Shown here piece after piece: positions 19,787 through 29,121 of a stretch of DNA of 64,000 nt (position 1 is the stretch's first letter; the number at the start of each line of letters is the position of its first letter). Source of the DNA: Porphyridium purpureum (taxonomy: Eukaryota); the NCBI GenBank assembly GCA_008690995.1, contig VRMN01000005.1, forward strand, positions 558,001-622,000. The letters are read 5' to 3'. Made by a program: the position numbers and the translations under genes. The notes under the pieces were generated by a model that saw nothing but the letters and a program-made list of their open reading frames with translations, was not told where the DNA came from and ran no database searches.

Positions 19787-22700
19787 ATGTACGTGGTCAA
19801 GCCCGAGTGGCTCCGGCATGAGGCCAACTCGCAGAAGAACGCGCCAGAGACCGTGATCTTCTCGGTGGATTTGTCCGCCACGCGCATGGCAACCGCGGGC
19901 CAGGATAACCTCGTCAAGATTTGGAGTCTCGCGGTGCTCAAGGCGGCTTCTGCTAGCACAGGTGCGGCAGTTGGAGGCGATGCGGGTGGCGGTACTGCGA
20001 ATGGCAGGGCTCCGTCCGAGGCGCCGGACGGCGCGCTGCTTGCTGTGCTTAATGATCACGCCGCAGCGGTCAACTGCGTGCGCTGGAGTCCCGACGGCAC
20101 CGCGCTTGCATCTGGCGGTGACGATGGCGTCGTGCTCGTGTATGACAAGAACGCTTCGACCGGAGCTGGCACGGCGTTTGGCGCCTTCGGGAGCGGCGCC
20201 AAGACGTCTGAAATCTGGAGGGCACGACGAGCCTTGCGTGGGCACAATGGTGACGTCACAGATGTGGCATGGAGCCCCGACGGGACCAAACTCGCCAGTG
20301 CTGGCGTCGACAATACTGTGATGATTTGGAATGTGCAGAGGCATACGCAGCCGGCCCTGCTGTGCCGTCTCGAGGGCCATCGTGGCCTCGTCAAGGGCGT
20401 GTGTTGGGACCCCGTCGGCAATTTTCTGGCGAGCCAATCTGACGATCGCAGTATTATTGTTTGGCGCACCTCGGACTGGAAGAAGGAAACCCAGGTATCC
20501 GGCACGCTCAAAGACGCCGTGCTGCATGAAAACAACATCACGTTCTTTCTGCGCCTAAGCTGGTCACCGTGCGGCTCAGTGCTTGTGGGCACGAACGGTT
20601 TCAAAAAACCACACGCACACGTCGCCAGTATGTTCCTCAGGGAAAAGGCCTTTTCAGAGACACTCGATTTTGTTGGGCACAAGGATCCCGTTGTGTGCAG
20701 TCGCTTCTCGCCGCGTCTCTTCACGCGCCAGAAAATTGATGACGAAACCAGACCCGGCAGTGCAAAGCATGTTCTCATGGGCCTGCCTTCGGCAGCCGCT
20801 GCCACCGGCAGCGGAAGCAGTCATCATGCTGCTCCTGCGGCCGCCTCAGGAACGGGTAATCCTGCAGCTAATGTACTGTTTGAAAACACCAACTCAGTGC
20901 TGTCAACAGCAAGTGATCCCGGCAGTGGTGCGACCACTCGGGACATGCAAGGCCGCGAACAGGGCCCCAAGTTGCCAGTATCGGCTGCCAATGCTGCGTA
21001 TGTGGTGGTTGCGCTCGGCTCGAAAGACCATGGCGCAACAATTTGGCGTGCGGGATCGGCGCGGCCGTCCTTCTCTATGGAAGGCATGTTTGACGGCGAT
21101 GTGCTGGATCTTAGCTGGGGGCCTGACGGATATTCATTCGCGGCGTGCTCGACGGACGGGCGCGTGATGTACATCGAGTTTGAGCCAAAAGAGCTAGGAT
21201 ACACTCTGCCACGAGAGGTAGAGACCGAAGTGCTTTCAGAGCTATGGAAATCTTGCTTTGGAGGCGTGCGCGGAAAGGTTCCGCCAGCATCACTTGACCA
21301 GCTCGAGCTTGAAGGCCACGCTCGCAAAGCGCAACAAAGCGTCATGAATCAGTTTGCGCAACCCTCTGTCTTGATGCCAGTCAATAATTCGACGGCGGCG
21401 GCAGCAGTCGCATCCTCGACGGCCAAGGTTCTTGGACTCCCTGGTACGGACAGTAAGAAAGAGCAAACCACGACAGGCGTTTCTGGTGGCGCCGGACCAG
21501 CACAGGTGTCCGGTATTTCGAAGCTAGACCAGACGGAGGTGCGAGTCAAGGGTGGAAAGCGCAGAATTATTCCCAAGCCACTCGAGGAGCAGAATGAAAG
21601 CAGCCCCGTTGAAGGCAGCGGGGCGCCAGCGGCATCCACGGCTTTTGGTGCGGACGATTTCAACTCGGGAATTAGCAACATTGGTGGTGAGGAGCCGAGA
21701 AAACGCGCTCGCGCTGCATTCGAAACTGAAAGTCGCCGGCAGCAGTCCAATCATACGGAAAAGGTAGCCCCACGCCAATATGCGACCATGGGCTCGCAGC
21801 CTCTTTTTACGTTGCCGATGCAGCCGATTCAACCACTGTTGGCGCCACCGATGACTCATTTCTCCCTGTTACCTGCGCCTCTGCGAGGCACCGGTGCACT
21901 TGAGATGGTGCGCCGCATTGGAAGCGATACGCTTGTCGAAATCAAGCCGACCACGGGAGGTGCGTCCATGATTGTGTGCGTCGAGGCAGGCACCGTGATC
22001 TGGCGATTCTGCGTGAGAGGAAACGGAGCATCTATGCTGGCCGGCGTGGCGAAGAAGTTTGTTGCGGTCGGGACTCCGGATGGCTTCCTGCACTTGCTCT
22101 CGGCGCTTTCAGGCCGGCAGCTAGTAGCACCTATCGCGCTCGAATCTGCACCTTATCTGATGGAGTGCTGTGACTATCGGCATCCATTGGAAAATAGCCA
22201 CGGCGACGAGCCACGGCAGGTGCAGTACTTACTCGTCGTCACACGGACCGCGTTGTGCTGTGTCTATGAAATCGGCACCATGCGGATGGTCTGTGCACGC
22301 AGCGCGGCACCATTACTATTAAATCGGCGCGGATATGACGCGCTTGCGCATGAAGCTCCGAATGGCGAGCAAGCTGAGCCCGACGAGGCCACCGCTGTGC
22401 ACGTGGCAGAGCGCTCTGGTCGGGACAGTTTCCCTGCAAAGATGAGAGCGGAGCACTTTCGGAGCATCGTTACGGCCACCGCCACGTTGCAAGGCGAGCC
22501 GCTCATCACAATGTCTGATGGGCACGCATTTGTGTTCCATACCAATCTCCAGAGCTGGGTTCGCGTTGCGGACGACTCGTACCCAAACTCAGAATACTTC
22601 CGGCCAGCAGTCAGCGGGGGTGATAATGTCGCCAAGGTGGTGGGGCGCCACCAAGCGTTTGCGGTCTCGAGTGCGAGGCAGCTCGGAACGGCACCTGTAC

Positions 22701-23089
22701 TACCGAGTAAGGAAATCCGACGCTCATATTTCGAAACTGTGTGCCACCTTGAAACGCTCATTCTAGCGAGCCTTGCGGTGGGATCCACCGCCGAGTATCG
22801 CTTCTACATGGCATGCTACGCATCCAAGCTGAGCCTAGCTGGTCCGGAGGACATTGCATGGGTTGAGCGCCGCATTCGTGAGCTATGTGATGACCTGATT
22901 CATGATGGTCCGCGGCGTGTTGGTGCGCTGGCGCCTGTGCACTTGGCGTTGGAACCTGCGAAAGTGCTGGACCTGGTGCTTCCGATTCTCAGTACCAGTC
23001 GCCGCTTCCAGGCCGTCACGGCTGAGTACCAGGAGCAGCTGCGGGCGACGGGTGCAGGTGGTGCCGAGGCTGTCATGGCGGTGCTTTGA
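19787..23089 (+). CDS. HIRA: Histone H3.3 chaperone HIRA
   Basis: N-terminus MYVVKPEWLRH, WD40 repeats (GHRGLVKGVCWDPVGNFLASQSDDRS, FLRLSWSPCG), B-motif QTEVRVKGGKRRIIP, and a C-terminal Hira domain. Confidence 0.96.
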   Translation: MYVVKPEWLRHEANSQKNAPETVIFSVDLSATRMATAGQDNLVKIWSLAVLKAASASTGAAVGGDAGGGTANGRAPSEAPDGALLAVLNDHAAAVNCVRWSPDGTALASGGDDGVVLVYDKNASTGAGTAFGAFGSGAKTSEIWRARRALRGHNGDVTDVAWSPDGTKLASAGVDNTVMIWNVQRHTQPALLCRLEGHRGLVKGVCWDPVGNFLASQSDDRSIIVWRTSDWKKETQVSGTLKDAVLHENNITFFLRLSWSPCGSVLVGTNGFKKPHAHVASMFLREKAFSETLDFVGHKDPVVCSRFSPRLFTRQKIDDETRPGSAKHVLMGLPSAAAATGSGSSHHAAPAAASGTGNPAANVLFENTNSVLSTASDPGSGATTRDMQGREQGPKLPVSAANAAYVVVALGSKDHGATIWRAGSARPSFSMEGMFDGDVLDLSWGPDGYSFAACSTDGRVMYIEFEPKELGYTLPREVETEVLSELWKSCFGGVRGKVPPASLDQLELEGHARKAQQSVMNQFAQPSVLMPVNNSTAAAAVASSTAKVLGLPGTDSKKEQTTTGVSGGAGPAQVSGISKLDQTEVRVKGGKRRIIPKPLEEQNESSPVEGSGAPAASTAFGADDFNSGISNIGGEEPRKRARAAFETESRRQQSNHTEKVAPRQYATMGSQPLFTLPMQPIQPLLAPPMTHFSLLPAPLRGTGALEMVRRIGSDTLVEIKPTTGGASMIVCVEAGTVIWRFCVRGNGASMLAGVAKKFVAVGTPDGFLHLLSALSGRQLVAPIALESAPYLMECCDYRHPLENSHGDEPRQVQYLLVVTRTALCCVYEIGTMRMVCARSAAPLLLNRRGYDALAHEAPNGEQAEPDEATAVHVAERSGRDSFPAKMRAEHFRSIVTATATLQGEPLITMSDGHAFVFHTNLQSWVRVADDSYPNSEYFRPAVSGGDNVAKVVGRHQAFAVSSARQLGTAPVLPSKEIRRSYFETVCHLETLILASLAVGSTAEYRFYMACYASKLSLAGPEDIAWVERRIRELCDDLIHDGPRRVGALAPVHLALEPAKVLDLVLPILSTSRRFQAVTAEYQEQLRATGAGGAEAVMAVL

Positions 23090-23254
23090 CGTTGCCGCAT
23101 AGAAATCTTGCACCCGGACGCGCACTCATGGCTTTGAGTAGTATGAGGCAAGACTATGGGAGAAGTAGGATCACAACGTCGTGTCTTGCAATCATGCTGG
23201 AGCACTGCGCTTTCAGGCGCCCAGCCTAGCCTATATTTTGATGGGGTAAATTGT

Positions 23255-25546
23255 TCACGTACCGGCGGTGCGAGTCGCGTCGTCCTTACGTCTGTACGCT
23301 AACTCAAGATCAGATGGACTTCTCCATATGAAATGCTTGATCGACACCAGACTCATCGAGTCGTCTAATACTTGCTCATTGCATATGATTTCGATTTCCG
23401 ACTCGTCCGGAATCAAGGCGGCCTTATCAGCGGGACCGCCTGTGGTGGTTCCGGTATTGCCGCTTTCGCGGCCTAGTTCCTTGGACACATATGCTTTGAC
23501 CTTGCGTACGCGGAGAACGCGTGGCGCGGTGAGCTTATTTTGCACCAGCTTGGGCAAGGGCGAATTCTCCGCGGGTTGGAGGAGAAAGGTCAGCTTGGGC
23601 GTTTCCTTGCCCATAGGCTTGTTATCACGCACACACTCGACCACCCAACTCGGGAAGTAGCTGATCTCGGCAACCTCAATCTGGTCGAGCCTCCGCCGGA
23701 TGACTGTGAATGCCACGGGGTTGCGATCTTCCGTAACAACTACAGAAACATCTGCCGGCATTTCATATGCAGGAAGCGTACCCGTGCCGGTACTGTTGGG
23801 AGGCAGGTCTTGATCGCTCACTGCCGCCAGCGACGGAGCGCTCCCAAGATATGCCTTGCGCCATCGTGAAAACAGAGCTCGCAGAACGTGCTCGCCCAAA
23901 TTCACCTTGGTTTCTTCGCTTTCGACGCTCAACCCCGCGTCGCAAGCATACATTTCAGCCGCAAAAACAGACGAGCGGTCGAGCTTGATTGAAACGGAGC
24001 CCAAACGCACGTCGACGGTGAACCAGCTTGGGACAAAAACCTTTTCGTTCATCGACGCCTCGAGCTCATCCAGGCTCTTACACGGACCCAATTTGCGCTC
24101 GCGCTGACCGGATGTCACGTTCCAAAGTTCCGCTACGCCGTCGCTGTCCACTGTCAACAATTGCCGCCGATTGTTTAGCACGCGATATTCCACGATTCCA
24201 GGGAGCCCCCGAATTGACGCGATGCACGCCGCGCCTGGAGCGCCAGCCGCTGCTGTCTGCACAGCGGTGGACGAATCCTTGTTCCCCGAGTGAGAGGTAG
24301 TTTCTCCGTTTTCCAGCTGCAAACGAAGGCTGTAGAGGTACGCGCTGGCGCGCGCCGAGCTGGCCCAGACGCGCACTTCTGATTTGCTGCTCCCGGGGTG
24401 ATGCTGCTTTGGCAGAGCGAGGGATAACACCATGCTGTACCGCGGGTCCTGCTCGATCGCGGCGGCGACCAGCTTTCTGGCTGGTGCGCTCTCGGTAGCA
24501 GAGGAAGGCGCCAAGCTTGAGTAGAAAATCTTCCCGTCTCTGCCACCCGAGCAGAAATATGAAAAAGTGTCGTCTGCGGCCAACGCCCATACCGAGTCCT
24601 CATGGTACTCCATGACGCGTAGAGGACGCGCCGGCTGGCGCATGTCCCACAACCGGACTGAGCGGTCACTAGAGCCGCTGAGAATGTAGCATGGGCTACC
24701 GACGGTTGCTGTCGAGATCTGAACAGTGCGGATTATATCAGTGTGTCCCTTCAGTTGCATTACGCGACCACTCAGGCGCACGTCCCACACACTCACTACA
24801 CGCGCAGTGGATCCGGAAACGAGGAGATCCGAACCGGCGCCGTGCAATGCGTATACGGATGCCAACTCATCGCTCGAATCCGAATCTACAGACACGATAC
24901 CGCTTGTTCGACCACTATTGGTGAGCCTCGATGCGAGCGAAGAGGTGGACGAAGTCAAAGGCGCCGTGAGTTCGGCCACAGCGGTACAAGTATTGATATC
25001 GTACACGAAAATGCGGCCGTCTAGCGCTGCGGACGCAAAGTGGTCTGATCGCACTCGCGCAAGTGCCTTGACGTAGTCCTTATGCTCATTGTAAAACGAG
25101 TGCGATGATCTGCGCGACGGTAGATCCCACACCTTGACTGTGGTATCGCTGGACGCGGACACGAGCTTGAGAGGGTGGCTCGGCAGAAACAACAACGCGT
25201 TCACCCAGTCCGCGTGCTCCTCGAGACTAACCAGACACTTGGGCGCATTTTCCAAATCACCGTTGCCACTCTCAGCACCTCCGCCTTGATGACGGTCGGC
25301 GGACCACGCACGAATCTGCGCGTCGCGGCCCGCGGTGTACACGTCGCCCGTGTCTGGCTGCAGCGCCACCGCGTTGATGCCGAACCGGTGGTGATGCCTC
25401 GGGGCGTGCATCGTGTAGATCAGCTTGCAGTTCTTTGGCGCCGGGCTGCTCACGTACATACTCATCGTGCCACATCGCCCGCCTGGGCCATGCACGCGTC
25501 GGCGCTTTTCCTGTCCCTCTCCTCTCTCGCGCGCCACTACCGCCAC
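23255..25546 (-). CDS. WDR48: WD repeat protein 48 / UAF1 (USP1/12/46 cofactor)
   Basis: YTAGRDAQIRAW, EEHADWVN, HKDYVKAL, GHTDIIR, VPSWFTVDVRLG, NLGEHVLRALF, and a SUMO-like C-terminus (LTAPRVLRVRKV, IKHFIWR). Alternative start at 25465. Confidence 0.95.
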   Translation of the reverse strand: MAVVARERGEGQEKRRRVHGPGGRCGTMSMYVSSPAPKNCKLIYTMHAPRHHHRFGINAVALQPDTGDVYTAGRDAQIRAWSADRHQGGGAESGNGDLENAPKCLVSLEEHADWVNALLFLPSHPLKLVSASSDTTVKVWDLPSRRSSHSFYNEHKDYVKALARVRSDHFASAALDGRIFVYDINTCTAVAELTAPLTSSTSSLASRLTNSGRTSGIVSVDSDSSDELASVYALHGAGSDLLVSGSTARVVSVWDVRLSGRVMQLKGHTDIIRTVQISTATVGSPCYILSGSSDRSVRLWDMRQPARPLRVMEYHEDSVWALAADDTFSYFCSGGRDGKIFYSSLAPSSATESAPARKLVAAAIEQDPRYSMVLSLALPKQHHPGSSKSEVRVWASSARASAYLYSLRLQLENGETTSHSGNKDSSTAVQTAAAGAPGAACIASIRGLPGIVEYRVLNNRRQLLTVDSDGVAELWNVTSGQRERKLGPCKSLDELEASMNEKVFVPSWFTVDVRLGSVSIKLDRSSVFAAEMYACDAGLSVESEETKVNLGEHVLRALFSRWRKAYLGSAPSLAAVSDQDLPPNSTGTGTLPAYEMPADVSVVVTEDRNPVAFTVIRRRLDQIEVAEISYFPSWVVECVRDNKPMGKETPKLTFLLQPAENSPLPKLVQNKLTAPRVLRVRKVKAYVSKELGRESGNTGTTTGGPADKAALIPDESEIEIICNEQVLDDSMSLVSIKHFIWRSPSDLELAYRRKDDATRTAGT

Positions 25547-25576
25547 CGTCTTGTGTCACGCGCAGCTCTTCCTTCA

Positions 25577-25605
25577 GCTGTACACAAGCTGTACACAAGC
25601 TGTAC
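25577..25605 (+). repeat. About 2.6 tandem copies of the 11-bp unit GCTGTACACAA
   Basis: gctgtacacaa gctgtacacaa gctgtac; same unit as the array at 7980-8045. Confidence 0.85.
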
Positions 25606-25862
25606 TTGCTCGACTGGGTGCGGTGTGGTGTCGATGTTGAACCCACTCGGTGACCGCGTCGGACTCTGCGTAGAGTCCTACACAGTTCGCACGCATCAGA
25701 TGGAGGCTGTGCACAGCCGCGTGCCAGACGCGTCGCTCTTACCCATCTAGTGATCCGCTGACGCAACGTAAAGCCCCACGGCTCGCATTCGTCTGGCGTC
25801 CAGCGCTTCTCAAGCGATGTTGGGTCCCGGCGGCCGCTCAGCCAAGCCATGGCCAAGATAAA

Positions 25863-25916
25863 GTGGTGATGGTGGTGGTGATGGTGGTGATGGTGGTGGT
25901 GATGGTGGTGGTGATG
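25863..25916 (+). repeat. GTG/ATG trinucleotide microsatellite (18 units)
   Basis: Direct reading. It reads as poly-His on the minus strand but is not in a recognisable gene. Confidence 0.9.
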
Positions 25917-26562
25917 GGAGTGAATCGCCGGCTTGTTCGTGATCTTGCTTGGGTGAAGAGATCGTCTGCGTTGGACTCCATCGTCTCTTCTACGCAAGTC
26001 CGCATGACAGTGCGGGACGCTCATACGTTGATATTAGTGAACACTTTATCGGTTTACAACCGATAAACCGATACGTGCTCTCCACTTTTTGGACACACTT
26101 GCGTGTGCGGACACTCGAGAATTCCTCAAACAAATGTTTATCTCTCTCACCAACAATGTCCTTAACTAAAATTCCCTCTAATCCGGCTTCGCCGCCCCCA
26201 GCGGGCGCGCCTTTTATACCTCGAGATCGGCGTCTGCCAAAGACGAAAACTTCCTCGCGTCTGCGATCTCTGCTCATCCGCCGCGCGTACGCGACTTATC
26301 AGTTAGCCTCCCTAGAGACCATCATCTTCAAATTCTGCAGGTTCCTACCATGTTTCTCTCTTTTCCACCTGCGTCTCCGTACACGTCAGGCGAGTGCGAT
26401 GCTGCACAGCTCTTAGCAGGCTGTACTCACGCGAGTGTACCCCGTGTGCACTTTCTAAGTCATATCTATACTTAATTAATATTTATTAAATTCACACATT
26501 TGTTAAGATTCTCAACTTGCCTTTGTGATGGAGAAGTGCCGAGTGACGATGGTGAGACTTGG

Positions 26563-28812
26563 ATGCTGATAATGATGATTAAGTTGCCGCCGGTGATCTC
26601 GCTGTTTTTCTCGGGCGAGCCGCTGCCCGCGCAGGTGTGCTCGGCCGAGCACGCGTTCTGGCCGACACTGTTTGGAGCGTTCTACGCGTTTGCAGCGCGC
26701 ACGTGGCTGGCCGCGCCAGGGAATCATTGGCTCGCGCTGCTCATCACTCATGACGACGCCGTCCACATGCCGCCGCGTCAGATCGCGCTCAATTTGCGCC
26801 TTCTCCTCCAGGCTTGTGCAGTGCGACTGGATGTTTTCGCGCATGCCAGCAATGTATCCAGTGCGGAAGACCAGACGCTTCCGCGCGAGCGTCTGCATCA
26901 CGCCCAGGATAAGAATGGGGTCGGAGACCCGCGGTATGAACTTCTTGGAGCCGTAGGCTTCGTGCGCTTTGTGCTCGAGGTTTTCCTTTTCGACGCGAAA
27001 CCGAATGCAAAGCGACCCAGCCTGCTGGAATTGTGCGCCTCCGGCACAAGCCTTGACGAGGTTGACGCGCCAGCACGGCAGGGCGGTACTCTTCAGCTGC
27101 AACTCGCTGTGTTTGCGAAGAATTTGCACGACGCACTGTCCCTCGCACTCGCAGAGCAAGACCATCCTTTCATTGTTGGCCTTGCACAGGCTCACCAAAT
27201 GGTCCTACTCGTGACGGCTCACGTATGCACATTGGCCGCGCAACATCAGCAGCAGACGCCAGCCACTCTCCATGCACTGGCAAAGCCCTTTCAGAAGGCG
27301 AGTACCGAACTTGTCAGTGAGCAGCTTCTGATGTCGCTTCTGTCCTTTGCGAGTTTGGTAGGCACAGACACCTCGCTCTTGGATAAGATGTCCACGAATT
27401 CGAGCACAACAACAAGCGCGCTGTATCAGCTCGGATCATCATGGCGTGACCTTATGAAATCTCCATTTAGTGGGGCGGCTCCGCACGCTTTCGACGATGC
27501 CCCGAGCGACAAAAGCCAAAGCAAAGGTGCTAGCTCGGAAGGACAGCCTGTGTTTCTGCCGTTAGACAGCTCCAATTTAAGTCTGGCAGGGAAAGAGACC
27601 GTCCGCTCACTGATTGTGGCCGCGCATGTGGGTGAGCGCGCGTCGGAGTTGCTATCGAATCTGGATCCTCGCGTAGGACTTGCGACTTGGGCAGACCTTC
27701 GCGGCGGTGCAAACTTGTTCGAAACAATGCACGCCGCGCTGACGTACTGGCTCGCTCAGCGGGACCTGGGCCTTATCTATTTATTCACATTGGCGCGAAA
27801 GTGTCGGCGCTTTCGCAACTTCTTGATTTCGCGCGCGGAACCTGAGCACTTGCTGATCAGTATGATGTGCGCAACGCTGCGGTCGCTCGAGCGTCTAGAT
27901 TCGCGCCGAACAGAGCCTTCGGCAACCTCTTCGTCGTATCCTTACGAATTTGAGCACGCCCGGAACGGTCTGCAGTCTGGTGTCATGACCACGCTACTCT
28001 TTTGTGAGGATTGGGGGTTTTGCGAGGCACTGCACCATCGCAAGAGTCCGCCGTACTTTGGAGAATCCAAGTTCTTGCTGGAAGCGCTGCGGGTGTCTGG
28101 ACTACCCGTGCAGAAGTACACTGTGGCGGGCCTCGTCTCGCTTGCGATGATGCGGGTCGTCTGCTCTCCAGCATACACGCGCGTGTCGCATGCAGTGTGC
28201 GTTGCTGCATTATGCGCTTTGGGAAACATTTCACGGGCACTGATGAATGTTGATGTTTTCCAGTCGGACCGGCTTGTTGTGATGCTCGATGTTCTTCTTC
28301 GTCGCTTGAAGAAGCTAGGAGCCATTCCGGCTAGTGGTGTGACTGTCGCCGCGACAGTGGACGGGCAAAGCCAGGAACAGCAAAGTGTCGCAGTTGCATC
28401 CTCAGAGACAGCCGCGCATATTCTTGAGCTTTCCGAACTGCTGGGCGTGACGATAGAAATTATTTGCCGCATCCTGCGCAACGGCTTTGACGCGAACCGT
28501 CACCTGATGTACGCACTCATGCACCGCCAAGAATTATGCGGTGCGCTGAACAAGGTGCAAAGAACCCCTGAATGCCCAACGCGTGTGCGCGCATTGTGTG
28601 GGATGCTGACTTACATGATCCAGATGCTGATCCTCGAATCTGAACGCCTTGGGTTCACATCTGCCTCAGGCGTCGCACAACCCATGCTCCTTACAGTCGA
28701 GCAGCTTCTGGACACCTTTGCCCATACTAGCAAGGAGCTCGACTTTCGTGCTCTCTTGGATGCGATACCGGAGTTCCAGTACGCATACTCTGGTAGTGTA
28801 GTGCTTCTTTGA
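26563..28812 (+). CDS. DYM: Dymeclin-like Golgi protein
   Basis: Motifs resembling dymeclin: FRNFLISRAEPEHLL, TLLFCEDWGFCEALH, LCALGNIS, NRHLMYALMHRQEL, PEFQYAY. Divergent; the C-terminus may be incomplete. Confidence 0.7.
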   Translation: MLIMMIKLPPVISLFFSGEPLPAQVCSAEHAFWPTLFGAFYAFAARTWLAAPGNHWLALLITHDDAVHMPPRQIALNLRLLLQACAVRLDVFAHASNVSSAEDQTLPRERLHHAQDKNGVGDPRYELLGAVGFVRFVLEVFLFDAKPNAKRPSLLELCASGTSLDEVDAPARQGGTLQLQLAVFAKNLHDALSLALAEQDHPFIVGLAQAHQMVLLVTAHVCTLAAQHQQQTPATLHALAKPFQKASTELVSEQLLMSLLSFASLVGTDTSLLDKMSTNSSTTTSALYQLGSSWRDLMKSPFSGAAPHAFDDAPSDKSQSKGASSEGQPVFLPLDSSNLSLAGKETVRSLIVAAHVGERASELLSNLDPRVGLATWADLRGGANLFETMHAALTYWLAQRDLGLIYLFTLARKCRRFRNFLISRAEPEHLLISMMCATLRSLERLDSRRTEPSATSSSYPYEFEHARNGLQSGVMTTLLFCEDWGFCEALHHRKSPPYFGESKFLLEALRVSGLPVQKYTVAGLVSLAMMRVVCSPAYTRVSHAVCVAALCALGNISRALMNVDVFQSDRLVVMLDVLLRRLKKLGAIPASGVTVAATVDGQSQEQQSVAVASSETAAHILELSELLGVTIEIICRILRNGFDANRHLMYALMHRQELCGALNKVQRTPECPTRVRALCGMLTYMIQMLILESERLGFTSASGVAQPMLLTVEQLLDTFAHTSKELDFRALLDAIPEFQYAYSGSVVLL

Positions 28813-29121
28813 CCCGAGTCCGGCGTGATCGGACATTGTTGATTCGACAACGCGTCGTGAGGCTACGCGCGCAGGACAAATCGCTTCCTTGCCGGAATCA
28901 GTGGAGACATGAAACGCACTTGATGCAGCAGCAAAGGTAGAGGCATTTTCGCCATGCTGAAGTCCTGTGCGCGAAAGTCTGCACAACCTGCCATTCCATG
29001 GAGCTGGACGAAATAGACGAATTTGCCTGCGAGCATCTCTATCGGATAGTGTAAAGACGAACGCTGCTACATCAACTCATCGAACTCGCAGGCAAATCGG
29101 ATCGGGCGGAAGGTATCTGAC

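Noticed and set aside
25272..26024. 250-aa ORF with an 18-His run
   Set aside because: The His run is a microsatellite and the ORF overlaps WDR48 out of frame; a similar tract at 39797 is also non-coding. A uORF role is not excluded.
26205..26220. GCCTTTTA resembling U5 snRNA loop I
   Set aside because: Lacks the following C and a closing stem; better explained as a minus-strand TATA box.
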